Below are positions 52,357 to 62,106 of a DNA stretch of 64,000 nucleotides, piece by piece. A model generated the notes under the pieces. That model had not been told where the DNA came from and ran no database searches. It saw only the letters and a list, made by a program, of their open reading frames with translations. A program made the position numbers and the translations under genes. Position 1 is the first letter of the stretch, and each line of letters opens with the position of its first letter. The DNA lies in assembly GCA_000165345.1 (NCBI GenBank), contig CM000429.1, forward strand, positions 256,001 through 320,000. Reading direction: 5' to 3'.

Positions 52357-52440
52357 TAATTTACGATTCAGATTTTTGTGTGGAAGCATCTGTATATCCC
52401 CACAAAATTCTTCTGCACAATATTTCAGCAAGATCTTGCC

Positions 52441-53427
52441 TTATACTGTGTCATTGCATGTGATCACAAGAAACATCCGAGTGGATTGGATCGGAAGTCC
52501 CTTGGTCTGATTTATTATGGATATAGTACCATCGCATCTGGCCAAAATAATACTTGATAATGAGTTATTAATAGTTCTGGGAAATGCTTCTGCTACAGCA
52601 ATTTCTTGTCCATATTTAACCCTTCTATTTCTAGAAATTGTTTTGGAAAAGTGAATAACAACAGGTTCTGCTGCAAAATATGCAGCAAAAATAGAAGTCT
52701 TAATTTCAAGTGGTACGTAGGTTTCGGGGCGCATTTTGTTTCCATTATAATTAGAGTTCATTACATCCTCATTTGATGTCATATCCTGTATGAACAGCTT
52801 CCTTGTGGCTTGAGGATTTCCAAATGTAGAGTTGGATTTGTTACCAGGATCTGAACCAAAAAATAGATATTCACAACTATCAATTTGATTCTGATTTGTA
52901 TTAGTTTGCTTTTCTTTTGAATCTTCCTTTTTCTTCTTTTGCCTTCTGATATACTTTGACCACCAGTACTTCATTCTACTACCACTTTTCTCCTTCTGGC
53001 TTTCATTGGATTCCTTTTCTGGTCTCAAATTATTTTTATTCTTTTCAGATTTGTTGTCAGATTTACTCTCCGACTTGTTTTCTGACTTCTTTTCTGACTT
53101 CTTTTCTGACTTCTTTTCTGACTTCTTATCAGACTTTTCAGAAGTCTCCAGGTTTTCAGAAGATTTAACCCCAGTCATTTTAGAATCCCTCTTGTTAACA
53201 TAATGATAAACTCCAAATCTAATAGCATTACTGGTTAAGCTTGAGACAGAATTGATGAGAAAATCCTTATTATCAAATGGATCCACTGGCTCAGACTCAT
53301 CAGAAGCCATATGTAACCTATAATACTCATCATCTGATGCCTCCAAATTTCCTTAATTTTTGAAATAGAAGAAAATTAATTCTTTCCTATAACTTTGATT
53401 TGATTGAGCAACTTACCTTTCCCCCAT
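52441..53427 (-). CDS. hypothetical protein with internal (S-E/D-K-K)n repeat; tentative 2-exon model 53427..53417 + 53317..52441 (295 aa), or unspliced 53310..52441
   Basis: Track ORF starts at TTG 53346. The in-frame ATG is at 53310 (MASDESEPVDPF...). Upstream on the minus strand, ATGGGGGAAAG is followed directly by GTAAGTTGC (53416..53411). The only acceptor keeping the frame is TATTATAG (53325..53318), giving MGER|LHMASDE.... The C-terminal ~130 aa look like a folded domain (YFAAEPVVIHFSKTISRNRRVKYGQEIAVAEAF...ILARCDGTISIINQ). Confidence 0.55.
53048..53143 (-). repeat. degenerate 12-nt tandem repeat (about 8 copies, core GACTTCTTTTCT) inside a CDS, encoding (SEKK/SENK/SESK/SDNK)n
   Basis: ...TCTGACTTCTTTTCTGACTTCTTTTCTGACTTCTTTTCTGACTTCTTATCAGAC... 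Confidence 0.9.
53318..53416 (-). other. tentative spliceosomal intron (99 nt) in KSE-repeat gene
   Basis: On the minus strand GTAAGTTGC...GAGTATTATAG. It is the only frame-preserving acceptor. The polypyrimidine tract is weak, so it is tentative. Confidence 0.35.
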
Positions 53428-53814
53428 AATGTTTTAACTCCAAAATGTATTGGAATTCGAAGACCAGAACAATAGAGTTCTTCGCAGATCCAATCAGAAA
53501 GAGCAGGCCAAGATCTTTGAATCTGCCTTAATGAGCTTTCCTCTGTATCAGTACTTTGACGAAAACACTTTGTGGAATCATGGAATCAGTTACTTCTATA
53601 AGGTGGTTGCATGCATGTAGAACTTACCTCAATTTGAAAAACAAGTAATTGAATAAGTAAAAGAGCAAAGTACATTTTTTCTTAAGAAGTTTTAAAATCA
53701 ACCAACTTTAAATCGAACTCATGGTGAGAATCCTAAAAAAAATGAACATTGGCCCAGTCCTTCTTTGGCTGAAAAAGCATTTCGAGACTAAAAAAATAGT
53801 CAACCAAAAACGAA

Positions 53815-53824
53815 ATGGCGCCAA
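53815..53824. promoter_or_regulatory. E2F-like ATGGCGCCAA in the divergent promoter 53427(-)/53998(+)
   Basis: Exact match. Confidence 0.45.
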
Positions 53825-53997
53825 TGTGTGTGGGGAAGATAAATTTTAGGTAAAGTCAGATAGAGGGAGATTTGAATTTACTAGTTGATAAAAATATAAG
53901 GATTAAAAGGTTAATTGTAGTTTAGTTGTTAGTTTTTACTGGAGTATTTAATTTATATATTTAGGATAATATTTTAAATTTCACTGTTGAATTACAA

Positions 53998-55179
53998 ATG
54001 AGTGATATAGGGGAAAAAGTGGAGCTTCATATTTACGACTTAAGTAATGGAATGGCATCTCAACTATCCCCAATGCTTTTGGGAAGAACGATTGAAGCTA
54101 TTTATCATACAGGAGTATTTGTTTATGGGTATGAATACTTTTATGGAGGTGGGATAGTTTGTGTTAGACCAGAAGAGATTACCAGATTGTATGGACTAAA
54201 ACCTATTCGAACATTGACATTGGGAACCACGAAAAAGTCTCAGAAAGAACTAAATAGCCACTTGGAATCAATTTCTAATGAATTTAACAGCGATAACTAC
54301 GACCTTTTAAATCATAACTGTAATCACTTTTCAGATAATATAGTCAAGTTTTTGATAGGAGAAGGTATTCCATCTTATATTTTAGATCTGCCAAATGAGG
54401 TGATGAGAACTCCTTTTGGTTCAATGATTCTTCCAATGCTACAAAAAGCGCAGAAGAGTCAGGCAATTCGCTCAGTTGCAAATGTTTGGAACACGAATGG
54501 AATCAACCCCTCAAATGTGATCAATAAAACTGCAGAGGAGTTCAGTTATTTGAGTTCTGGGTCAAGCTCTACAGGGAGTAGTAGAACAAGCCATCACTCT
54601 AGATCTTCTGGATCTTCAGATAGTATTTCTGAGTTTTCTAAGAAGCTGAGCACTGTTTCCAACAAGTATGGATGGCAGTGCCAAAGAGTATTAGAAACTC
54701 TCGAAACTATACTTTTCAATATTATAAGTAATCCCGGTGACTTAAGATACAGAAGCATTAAATCAACAAGTAATACACTAAAGAGTGTATTAATGAGTAT
54801 AGATGAAGGCCTTGAATTACTATTCTTAGTTGGTTTCCGTGAGAAGCAAGCGGAGGATCAACTTAGATACGAAATACAACTAAGCCAACCACTGAGCAGA
54901 GAGGAAAGAGAGCAATTAGAAACTCAAATTAACTTGGTCAGGCGTACCTTAAGCTCCCTGGGGATGGCAAGTGAGCAAGAAACGCAAGAGTCAGCATGCC
55001 CAGAATCCAAAGCAAGCAATGGATCAAAGTCAGAAAGTACAATTGACTATGTAAAACTATTAGCAGAAGTGAAAGGAATGGGATTTGAGGACAATAAGAA
55101 AATACTACAAGCCCTTCACAAGACTAATGGAGACATCTCCCGCACCGTGTCAATTCTGCTGGATGAACAGAGCCAATAG
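53998..55179 (+). CDS. PPPDE (DUF862, DeSI-type Cys isopeptidase) + PUB domain + C-terminal UBA domain fusion protein (393 aa)
   Basis: PPPDE core is VELHIYDLSNG...IEAIYHTGVFVYGYEYFYGGGI...YDLLNHNCNHFSDNIVKFL, with a His/Cys dyad. PUB motif is ILFNIISNPGDLRYRSIKSTSNTLKSVLMSIDEGLELLFLVGFRE (PNGase-type NPxDxKYRSIR...GF). UBA is IDYVKLLAEVKGMGFEDNKKILQALHKTNGDISRTVSILLD. Confidence 0.75.
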   Translation: MSDIGEKVELHIYDLSNGMASQLSPMLLGRTIEAIYHTGVFVYGYEYFYGGGIVCVRPEEITRLYGLKPIRTLTLGTTKKSQKELNSHLESISNEFNSDNYDLLNHNCNHFSDNIVKFLIGEGIPSYILDLPNEVMRTPFGSMILPMLQKAQKSQAIRSVANVWNTNGINPSNVINKTAEEFSYLSSGSSSTGSSRTSHHSRSSGSSDSISEFSKKLSTVSNKYGWQCQRVLETLETILFNIISNPGDLRYRSIKSTSNTLKSVLMSIDEGLELLFLVGFREKQAEDQLRYEIQLSQPLSREEREQLETQINLVRRTLSSLGMASEQETQESACPESKASNGSKSESTIDYVKLLAEVKGMGFEDNKKILQALHKTNGDISRTVSILLDEQSQ

Positions 55180-55376
55180 TGGTGGAAAGTCGTGGCTAAG
55201 AATATGTAGGAATGAGAATAATTTTTCGATTAGGCTCTAATAATAAGTAGAAGCTCCTGATCTATAAATTAAGAGCATTGCAGTCATATCAAATTTAGTC
55301 AAAATAAAGCCACTTTCTTAAATTCTGTGTTCTTTGTAATTCCGCGTTATGTTTGCATTTTTCTTTAAAATTGGCA

Positions 55377-55437
55377 ATGGCGCCAAACCTACTTCGTAGT
55401 GTTACCAGGAATGGGGGGCCGTTTGGCTTGGCGCCAA
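55377..55437. promoter_or_regulatory. pair of E2F-like sites ATGGCGCCAA (55377-55386) and TTGGCGCCAA (55428-55437) upstream of the KH gene
   Basis: Two palindromes 42 nt apart, 100-160 nt upstream of ATG 55537. Confidence 0.5.
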
Positions 55438-55536
55438 GTAGACATGCCCGAGGGATAAAGCAAAAAAAAAACAGGAAACAGGTGAAAGAACCAAGTTGTA
55501 ATTAAATTAGCTAGGAAATAGGAGTCACTAGAAAAC

Positions 55537-56919
55537 ATGTTGAATATTCTGAAAGTTGGAGATAACCAGACAATTGCGCAGATAGAATCTGCGGACGCGT
55601 CGTTCATTGTTGGAACAGGAGGAAGAACAAGAAGAAAACTCGCGGCCGTTTCTGGAACCTCCATTACAATTATTCAGGATGATAGCAAGACAGCCAGGGT
55701 TGAAATAAATGGAGATGCAGCATGTCGTGAAAAGGCTTACTTATATCTTAAATATTTAGTTCAGCAAAAGCATGGCCCAGTAACCATCGATGTTACCCCA
55801 GATTCAAGAGATGACCTTACAATAGTTAATGTTCCAGCTCTTTGTGTTGGATATATTACAGGAAAGAAAGGCCAAGGATTGAGAGCAATAGAAGAAGATT
55901 CTGGAACCTTAATGTTCTTTAGCAGACCAGAGGAAGAGTGTCCAACTGACAGTACCCCTCCAAGCAACGGTGTCCCTATGAACAATGGTAATTCCCAATC
56001 ACAATACATCTTGGCTATATTTGGAGTTGCTAGAAATAGAAGAGCTGCTGAGTTGAGAGTAATGTGTTACATTGAACAAAAGATTAATGGGCACTTTACA
56101 AAAGATTTGAAAGCAGAATCGCATGACCACATTGAGGATCTAGCAACAGATATTGTTCATATTGAAACAGAGGACCTTAGTTATGCTGTAGGAAAAGAGG
56201 GAAATACAAGAAGGAGACTTTGTGCATCTAGTGGAGCGATTATTGAATACGTGGGAAATTTTGCATTTATTCATGGTGACTTGAGTGAGAGAAAGCGCGC
56301 CAAAGAATATTTGGCATGGCTAATTGCCCAAAGAACATCGACAGTCTCTGTTGACACCAGAGCTAGAGAAGATGTAACAGTTGTTTCAATTCCACAAAAT
56401 GTGATAGGGTATGTAACTGGTGCAAAAGGAAGCTTTTTAAGACGTGTTGAAGATGAAACCGGTACCTTTATATTTATTGATGAAAATAAAGGAAACGTTC
56501 TTGAGAGAGTCCTAATATTCTCTAGATCAGCCTTTGGACGCCAAAAAGCTAGAGATTTTATTGAACGCAGAATGTATGAAAAATTGTGTGGCTATGCAGA
56601 TAATAAGAACTATCCACAAAATGGAAATGGATTCAATGGTAGGAACATGAATGGCATCCGCAAAACCAATGGAATTACTTTGAATAATTCGCACTTTGAT
56701 CACCCAATGAAGGGTAACTTTGCTGCAATCCCAAATGCATTCCTCTCACAACCTGGAATCAGTGGACTTGGAGCCCCTAATATGGGAATAGGAAGAAGAT
56801 CAAGAACTAGAGGTGGAGCACCAGAACACCATATTTCTGATAAATCTAGCGGTAAGCCCGCTGGACTTTATGGCGGTAATTTGGTTCCTTTCGGTCTGAG
56901 TGGTGGCGCCTTGTTTTAA
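55537..56919 (+). CDS. KH-domain RNA-binding protein with four KH (GxxG) repeats and Gly/Asn-rich C-terminus (460 aa)
   Basis: Four KH-type units are present: FIVGTGGRTRRKLAAVSGTSITI, VGYITGKKGQGLRAIEEDSGTLMFF, YAVGKEGNTRRRLCASSGAIIEY and IGYVTGAKGSFLRRVEDETGTFIFI. Local GC is higher than in neighbouring genes. Confidence 0.7.
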   Translation: MLNILKVGDNQTIAQIESADASFIVGTGGRTRRKLAAVSGTSITIIQDDSKTARVEINGDAACREKAYLYLKYLVQQKHGPVTIDVTPDSRDDLTIVNVPALCVGYITGKKGQGLRAIEEDSGTLMFFSRPEEECPTDSTPPSNGVPMNNGNSQSQYILAIFGVARNRRAAELRVMCYIEQKINGHFTKDLKAESHDHIEDLATDIVHIETEDLSYAVGKEGNTRRRLCASSGAIIEYVGNFAFIHGDLSERKRAKEYLAWLIAQRTSTVSVDTRAREDVTVVSIPQNVIGYVTGAKGSFLRRVEDETGTFIFIDENKGNVLERVLIFSRSAFGRQKARDFIERRMYEKLCGYADNKNYPQNGNGFNGRNMNGIRKTNGITLNNSHFDHPMKGNFAAIPNAFLSQPGISGLGAPNMGIGRRSRTRGGAPEHHISDKSSGKPAGLYGGNLVPFGLSGGALF

Positions 56920-57070
56920 GGCTAATGCGACGTGGGGGATATTAACCGATACTTAGACTCGAAAGTAATCATAAGTTTGTTCCAGAAAGGAGTTTCTGTC
57001 TATAAAGGCACTAGTAGGATTTAGAGGTTGATTTAAGACAACTTGTAAGTGAGGGGGACCTTTAGAAAAG

Positions 57071-57871
57071 ATGGGTTCTTCCAAAATCAGGACGGCAGCA
57101 GCAGTAGCAGGAGGTGTGGCAGTGGTTGGTGCCCTTTTGTACTATTTATTCCGAAGTGACTCTTCAGAAAATAAGGACGAGTCCAATACTTTAGTTGAAG
57201 CCTCGGCAACCAAAGATGTACCGGAGAACACGGTAAAGGGGTCGCTGGATACTTTTACTAAAGAAGACATGTTATTATTGCTTGATGAGATCCTAGAGAG
57301 TCAAAACTCTCTAAAGAAAATAATGCGCTCCCTAACTAATGACTTTGTTGCCGACCCCCCAAAGTCTCTCCAGGATTGCTATAATAAGGTTAAAGATGCG
57401 TCTCCCCAGGATCCATTAGATAAGAGGAAAATTTCTCTAGTTGACTTTGATCGCTTGGTAGAACGCTTTTATAATGACGAGGGTATAAGTAGCGCAATAG
57501 AAAAGATCATGGGAATCCATGGACCAAGTTCTATAACAGAGCGAGCGGGCAGTATTAGTAGTGATCAGCTTGTCAAGGTTAATGAGTTTATGTTGAAAGA
57601 ACTGAGAGAGTTCGTGGACCAATACATTTTTATAGCTAATAAAGATCAATTTGATGTTAAGACACTAACTATTGCCGCACAGGTTTGGGTAGGCTCTAAA
57701 GTTGAGAAGCAGTTTAACTTGAGTTCTGATGATATTGAAACCGCAATGCTGCTTCATTCCCAGACTCTTCGTAATGATCCAGATTTTGGACGAATTAGTT
57801 TCCAGATGCAGGCTACTATGGAACAGTTGCTTGGTTCTCCTGCGCCAACCAATCTTCCCTTTTCAATATAA
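57071..57871 (+). CDS. hypothetical N-terminally membrane-anchored protein (266 aa)
   Basis: MGSSKIRTAAAVAGGVAVVGALLYYLFRSD is a single N-terminal hydrophobic anchor followed by a soluble domain. No family recognised. Confidence 0.6.
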   Translation: MGSSKIRTAAAVAGGVAVVGALLYYLFRSDSSENKDESNTLVEASATKDVPENTVKGSLDTFTKEDMLLLLDEILESQNSLKKIMRSLTNDFVADPPKSLQDCYNKVKDASPQDPLDKRKISLVDFDRLVERFYNDEGISSAIEKIMGIHGPSSITERAGSISSDQLVKVNEFMLKELREFVDQYIFIANKDQFDVKTLTIAAQVWVGSKVEKQFNLSSDDIETAMLLHSQTLRNDPDFGRISFQMQATMEQLLGSPAPTNLPFSI

Positions 57872-58389
57872 TTTTATTATATATTAGAAATCCAGTTTCC
57901 AAGATTGTCGCATTGCTCGGGAATGTAATTGATTACCATTATATTTCCTCGATATATCTCTTTCATTTCGTTTACCAGCCTGGTATTTATTATCTAAAGT
58001 TTGATTTGTTCGATTTGGATGTAATTATATTATTCGGAAGAGACCAAATTTCTTATTTTTAAAGGAAAAATCAAATTGATCCTCCAATATCCTATAAATA
58101 TTTATTAGTCATAACTAGGTTTATATTTTATTTTGGTAGAGCATTCACTTGGACGCTGAGTTCACTAAGCCCAATTGGATCGTATACTTATAAAGTTAGA
58201 AAATTCTAATTGTGTCATTTTATCTTACTTTCCTTTCAATTTTGATAAATTATACTTCATTGTAGAAAGAGTCGTGGAAACTTAACATAGACTTATTAAC
58301 AAACAGGGTAATCATCTTTTTATTTGTGAAAAAATAGCGCGCAAATAATTTCAATTATTTATGACACGTCAATTGTTTGATTAAAAAAA

Positions 58390-61300
58390 TTATTTGCATG
58401 CAGATAAATTTTTATTGTGGCATGCAATTGTATGCAAAATCAATTCAAAGAAATCGCGAGAGAATTTTTCTCCATCGCAAAGTTTGGATTCAGTGAGTAT
58501 TCTACGAAGATTTGAGCGATAATAAATTAGTCTTTCAGTATCATTTGCAAGGCTTAAAGCGGCTTTAATAAATTCTTTCTTATTACTTGCAATGAGTTCA
58601 TTCAAGTTTAAATTAGTGAGAATGGACCTTCCAACATTTTGAGAATGAAATGACGAAATTTCAGTATAAATGTCTGAAGAATCTATTTGGGAATTTTCTG
58701 ATTGGTCAATACTTAAAGTAATTAATGGAACTCCCATAAAAATACATTCAAATGTCGTGGTTGTTCCAGCATATGGGAAAGTATCTAAAGAAATGTCAAT
58801 ATCATTATAAAGCTCCAGATGAGAGTAATAAGAGTTGCTTAAGGGGATTAAAGAAATTCTATGTGGTTGAATATTGTATTTTGATTTGAAAATTTCAAGA
58901 TAAAAATTGCAACAAGACTGTGAGCTGAATGCTTTGGATTTAAGCAACAAATGGCTTTCAGGAACACTTTTTAGGACTTCACCCCAAAGTTCTATTGTTA
59001 AGGGATGTAATTTAGTAACTCTGTTGAAAGATCCAAAAGTTATAAATCCATTTTTTTTCATAGGAGGTTCGGAAATTGGTGGATGTTGAATTTTTGGTAA
59101 AGTATAACAAAGAAAGCAATTTGGGAGATAAAGTAATTTTTCAGAGTATTTTTGTTTTGTATGAAGAGGATCAACTATCTTATCAGTAATACGATAATCA
59201 ATGTACTTTAATCCAGTAGTGTTTGGATACCCAATCCAAGAGATTTGTATTGGAGAGTTTTTTAAAGCAAATAAAGCCAAGCAATTATTGACTGTATGAC
59301 CACTTAAGTCAAAGAGAATATGGATATTATCACTCCGGATAAGCTTTGAAGAAAATTCAATATCTTTCCCATGTATATATCTCCAATTTTCACTAGGAAT
59401 AAGATCCTTGAAAAAACATGAATAATAGTCATGGTGAGGGGAATTGTCATATATGAAGATATTCAGTTTGACTTGTGAATTGCCTTCTATATTACAATCT
59501 CTAGTTGAGTTCTTTGAGAAATTCTTAATTAAAAATTTTATGGGAGCTAAAATGAAGAATGCAACTGCATGATGGAAGTATTCTGCACCAACAAACCCTA
59601 TATTAATCAATTGTTTGTCTGAAGTTGACTCAATATCTGGAATTTCAGCAATAGGAATTAAATCATCAAGACGGTTCTTGATTTCTCTATGAATCTCGAT
59701 GAATTTATCCCCCCATTCCAAAGATAGGTCATACATATCTTGGTAATTTATATAATAATCGGAGTTATTTATCCAGATTTGAGACTCGCATACATAAGAT
59801 TCTGGAGTAGAGCTGATATCTAAGCAAAGACTCTTTTCAGAATCCTTTAAGTTATTAATAATTGACTCAATTGAATTGTTTCTAATATTACCAATTAACT
59901 TTGGGTTATCTAATGGAATAAAGTAATTCAAAATATACAATAGGTTCTGAAACGCCAAAGTATGGTTAGGATCTAGCTCAAGAGCTACTAGAAAACAGTT
60001 TTTTGCCATCAAAAAGTTCCCACAGTCTCTATAAAGCACTCCAAGATTATTATATACATCGGGAACGCCTTGATTAACTTCGATACACCTTTTAAAATAC
60101 TCGTATGACTCGTCAATCTTACCAATATTACCGTATAAAGCTGCAATAACATTCAATGTAGTAATACAATTTTGATTAATTCTGGAAATCCTTTCATAAC
60201 ATAAAATTGCTTGATCAATAAATCCAAGCTTTCTAAGAATTATCCCAAAGTTATCATAGGCATTAACATTCATAGGATTAAAGTGGATTGAAAGTTTGAA
60301 GCACCAAATGGCCTTTTCTTCCTTACCTAATTCATAATATATTATTCCCAAGTCAGTGTATGCTTCTGAAGATTGTGGAATATATAATATCACTTTTTTC
60401 AAAATGGACTTAACTAGGCTAAATCCAGCATTTTTTTTTCTGGCTTCAACTGCTTTATTATAAAGTAATTTACCAAAATAAGATCTGAAATCATCATTAA
60501 ATGGATTTTTCTTGATTAATCTCTCCATAATACCAATGCTCTTATCAATATTGCCATCGATCTCGAAACAAAGTCTGGATAATGAATACCCAATTTCACA
60601 ATTAATACAGTTTTTGTTTGATTCAAAGCATTCCTGTAGCAAATTCTTGCATCTAGAATAAACTTCAAGATTTTTAGAATCATTTATTCTAATATTCGCT
60701 AAAGGTGGTTGACTAAGTTCTATTCCATTCAAAGATAATATTATCCTAACCATACAATGAATAATATTTGGATAAAATAAAAAACAACTCAAGAAATATT
60801 GATGTGAATTATTTTCCAGAAATTCCAGTTTATTTGATTTGAATAGTATTAAAATTGTCTCCTTGAGACAATTTACTAGTCTATCAATATCCTGATACTT
60901 ATTTGCAATATAATTTAATGCAAGACAAGCATCATCATAATTTTTAAGAGAAATTTGAATAATTCCAAATGACAAAACTTGCATAATTAGTTCATGAATT
61001 CTATCAGTATTCTTTATTGAGTTTTCATTATCGTTAATTGATTCGATATTTGTCATTTTGTAACGAATACAATTCTGGATCAGATCAATTATTAAAGAAA
61101 TAACTCTATCAAAATTTACCAATTTAATATTAAAAATTTGAAGCAGAATCTTGGAGAAAATCATTCCTATAAAGTAAGCCAAGTCCTCCATATCAGACTC
61201 TTCAAACTTTTGTATGTCCGAAAGTTTACTTAAGCATTTATTGCAAGAGTAACTCCTTAAATTAATACATATTTGTTGAAATGACTCAATATTATTTAAA

Positions 61301-61488
61301 AGTTCAATTAAAATTGTGCCCACAATACTAATATGATCATTATTCAATAAATGTTCATCAGCTCCATTCACTACCCATTCTTTGAAATTAATGTTACCAT
61401 CAAATTCGGAATTATTACAAAAGCAAAAAATAGTCATTTCTTGGCAAGTTTCTGGGATTTTATTCGTAACTCCACCATCTTTCAGCAT
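58390..61488 (-). CDS. SPINDLY/OGT-family (GT41) glycosyltransferase with N-terminal TPR repeats (1032 aa); in apicomplexans this family acts as a nucleocytoplasmic O-fucosyltransferase
   Basis: TPR block: AYTDLGIIYYELGKEEKAIWCFKLSIHFNPMNVNAYDNFGIILRKLGFIDQAILCYERIS...VYNNLGVLYRDCGNFLMAKNCFLVALELDPNHTLAFQNL. GT41 catalytic region: IGFVGAEYFHHAVAFFI...HILFDLSGHTVNNCLALFALKNSPIQISWIGYPNTTGLKYIDYRITDKIVDPLHTKQKYSEKLLYLPNCF. Confidence 0.8.
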   Translation of the reverse strand: MLKDGGVTNKIPETCQEMTIFCFCNNSEFDGNINFKEWVVNGADEHLLNNDHISIVGTILIELLNNIESFQQICINLRSYSCNKCLSKLSDIQKFEESDMEDLAYFIGMIFSKILLQIFNIKLVNFDRVISLIIDLIQNCIRYKMTNIESINDNENSIKNTDRIHELIMQVLSFGIIQISLKNYDDACLALNYIANKYQDIDRLVNCLKETILILFKSNKLEFLENNSHQYFLSCFLFYPNIIHCMVRIILSLNGIELSQPPLANIRINDSKNLEVYSRCKNLLQECFESNKNCINCEIGYSLSRLCFEIDGNIDKSIGIMERLIKKNPFNDDFRSYFGKLLYNKAVEARKKNAGFSLVKSILKKVILYIPQSSEAYTDLGIIYYELGKEEKAIWCFKLSIHFNPMNVNAYDNFGIILRKLGFIDQAILCYERISRINQNCITTLNVIAALYGNIGKIDESYEYFKRCIEVNQGVPDVYNNLGVLYRDCGNFLMAKNCFLVALELDPNHTLAFQNLLYILNYFIPLDNPKLIGNIRNNSIESIINNLKDSEKSLCLDISSTPESYVCESQIWINNSDYYINYQDMYDLSLEWGDKFIEIHREIKNRLDDLIPIAEIPDIESTSDKQLINIGFVGAEYFHHAVAFFILAPIKFLIKNFSKNSTRDCNIEGNSQVKLNIFIYDNSPHHDYYSCFFKDLIPSENWRYIHGKDIEFSSKLIRSDNIHILFDLSGHTVNNCLALFALKNSPIQISWIGYPNTTGLKYIDYRITDKIVDPLHTKQKYSEKLLYLPNCFLCYTLPKIQHPPISEPPMKKNGFITFGSFNRVTKLHPLTIELWGEVLKSVPESHLLLKSKAFSSQSCCNFYLEIFKSKYNIQPHRISLIPLSNSYYSHLELYNDIDISLDTFPYAGTTTTFECIFMGVPLITLSIDQSENSQIDSSDIYTEISSFHSQNVGRSILTNLNLNELIASNKKEFIKAALSLANDTERLIYYRSNLRRILTESKLCDGEKFSRDFFELILHTIACHNKNLSACK

Positions 61489-61958
61489 AATGAAGTCCTA
61501 ATACCGTATTTTTTCCACTAACATTATACAATTTAAGCTTTCAGATTACTTTAATTAAAAAAAAAAAAAAAAGTAGTTATTATGTCATTTAGTATGTTAT
61601 GAAAAAACCGCATAAACTTCTGGACTAGACCTTAAAAGCTATAAATCTAGAAATTGATTTCAAAGGTATAAAGTCAATATTGAGTTTGTGTCCTAAAAAC
61701 CCTGGAAATATATTAATGATTACTATTTTTCAATTTTTTATCCAACTCGAATCTATTTTCAACATCATTCAAAAAGCTTTTGCAAATATGAACGCGTATA
61801 AAAGACACTAGTAAAAAATAATAATAAATGGATACCAATAGATATTTTTGAACTAGTAAAAAAGTAATATCACACAAGGAACAGTCTAACTTTAATTATA
61901 TCTAATAATTACTTTGACTTGAAGGCAAATATAAAAAAATTAAATATAGAATAATTCA

Positions 61959-61968
61959 TTGGCGCCAA
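61959..61968. promoter_or_regulatory. E2F-like TTGGCGCCAA upstream of CstF-64 ATG 62107
   Basis: Exact palindrome. Confidence 0.45.
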
Positions 61969-62106
61969 AACGAGAATTGTTTTTTTTAATTTATAATACA
62001 ATTAGAGGCGAAGTGAAAAACAGAAAAAAATCCTAAAATATTATTTATAAATAAATATATATATTAACTTATAGAAGGACTTAAACAAGTGGGATAGTTT
62101 TCTGTG

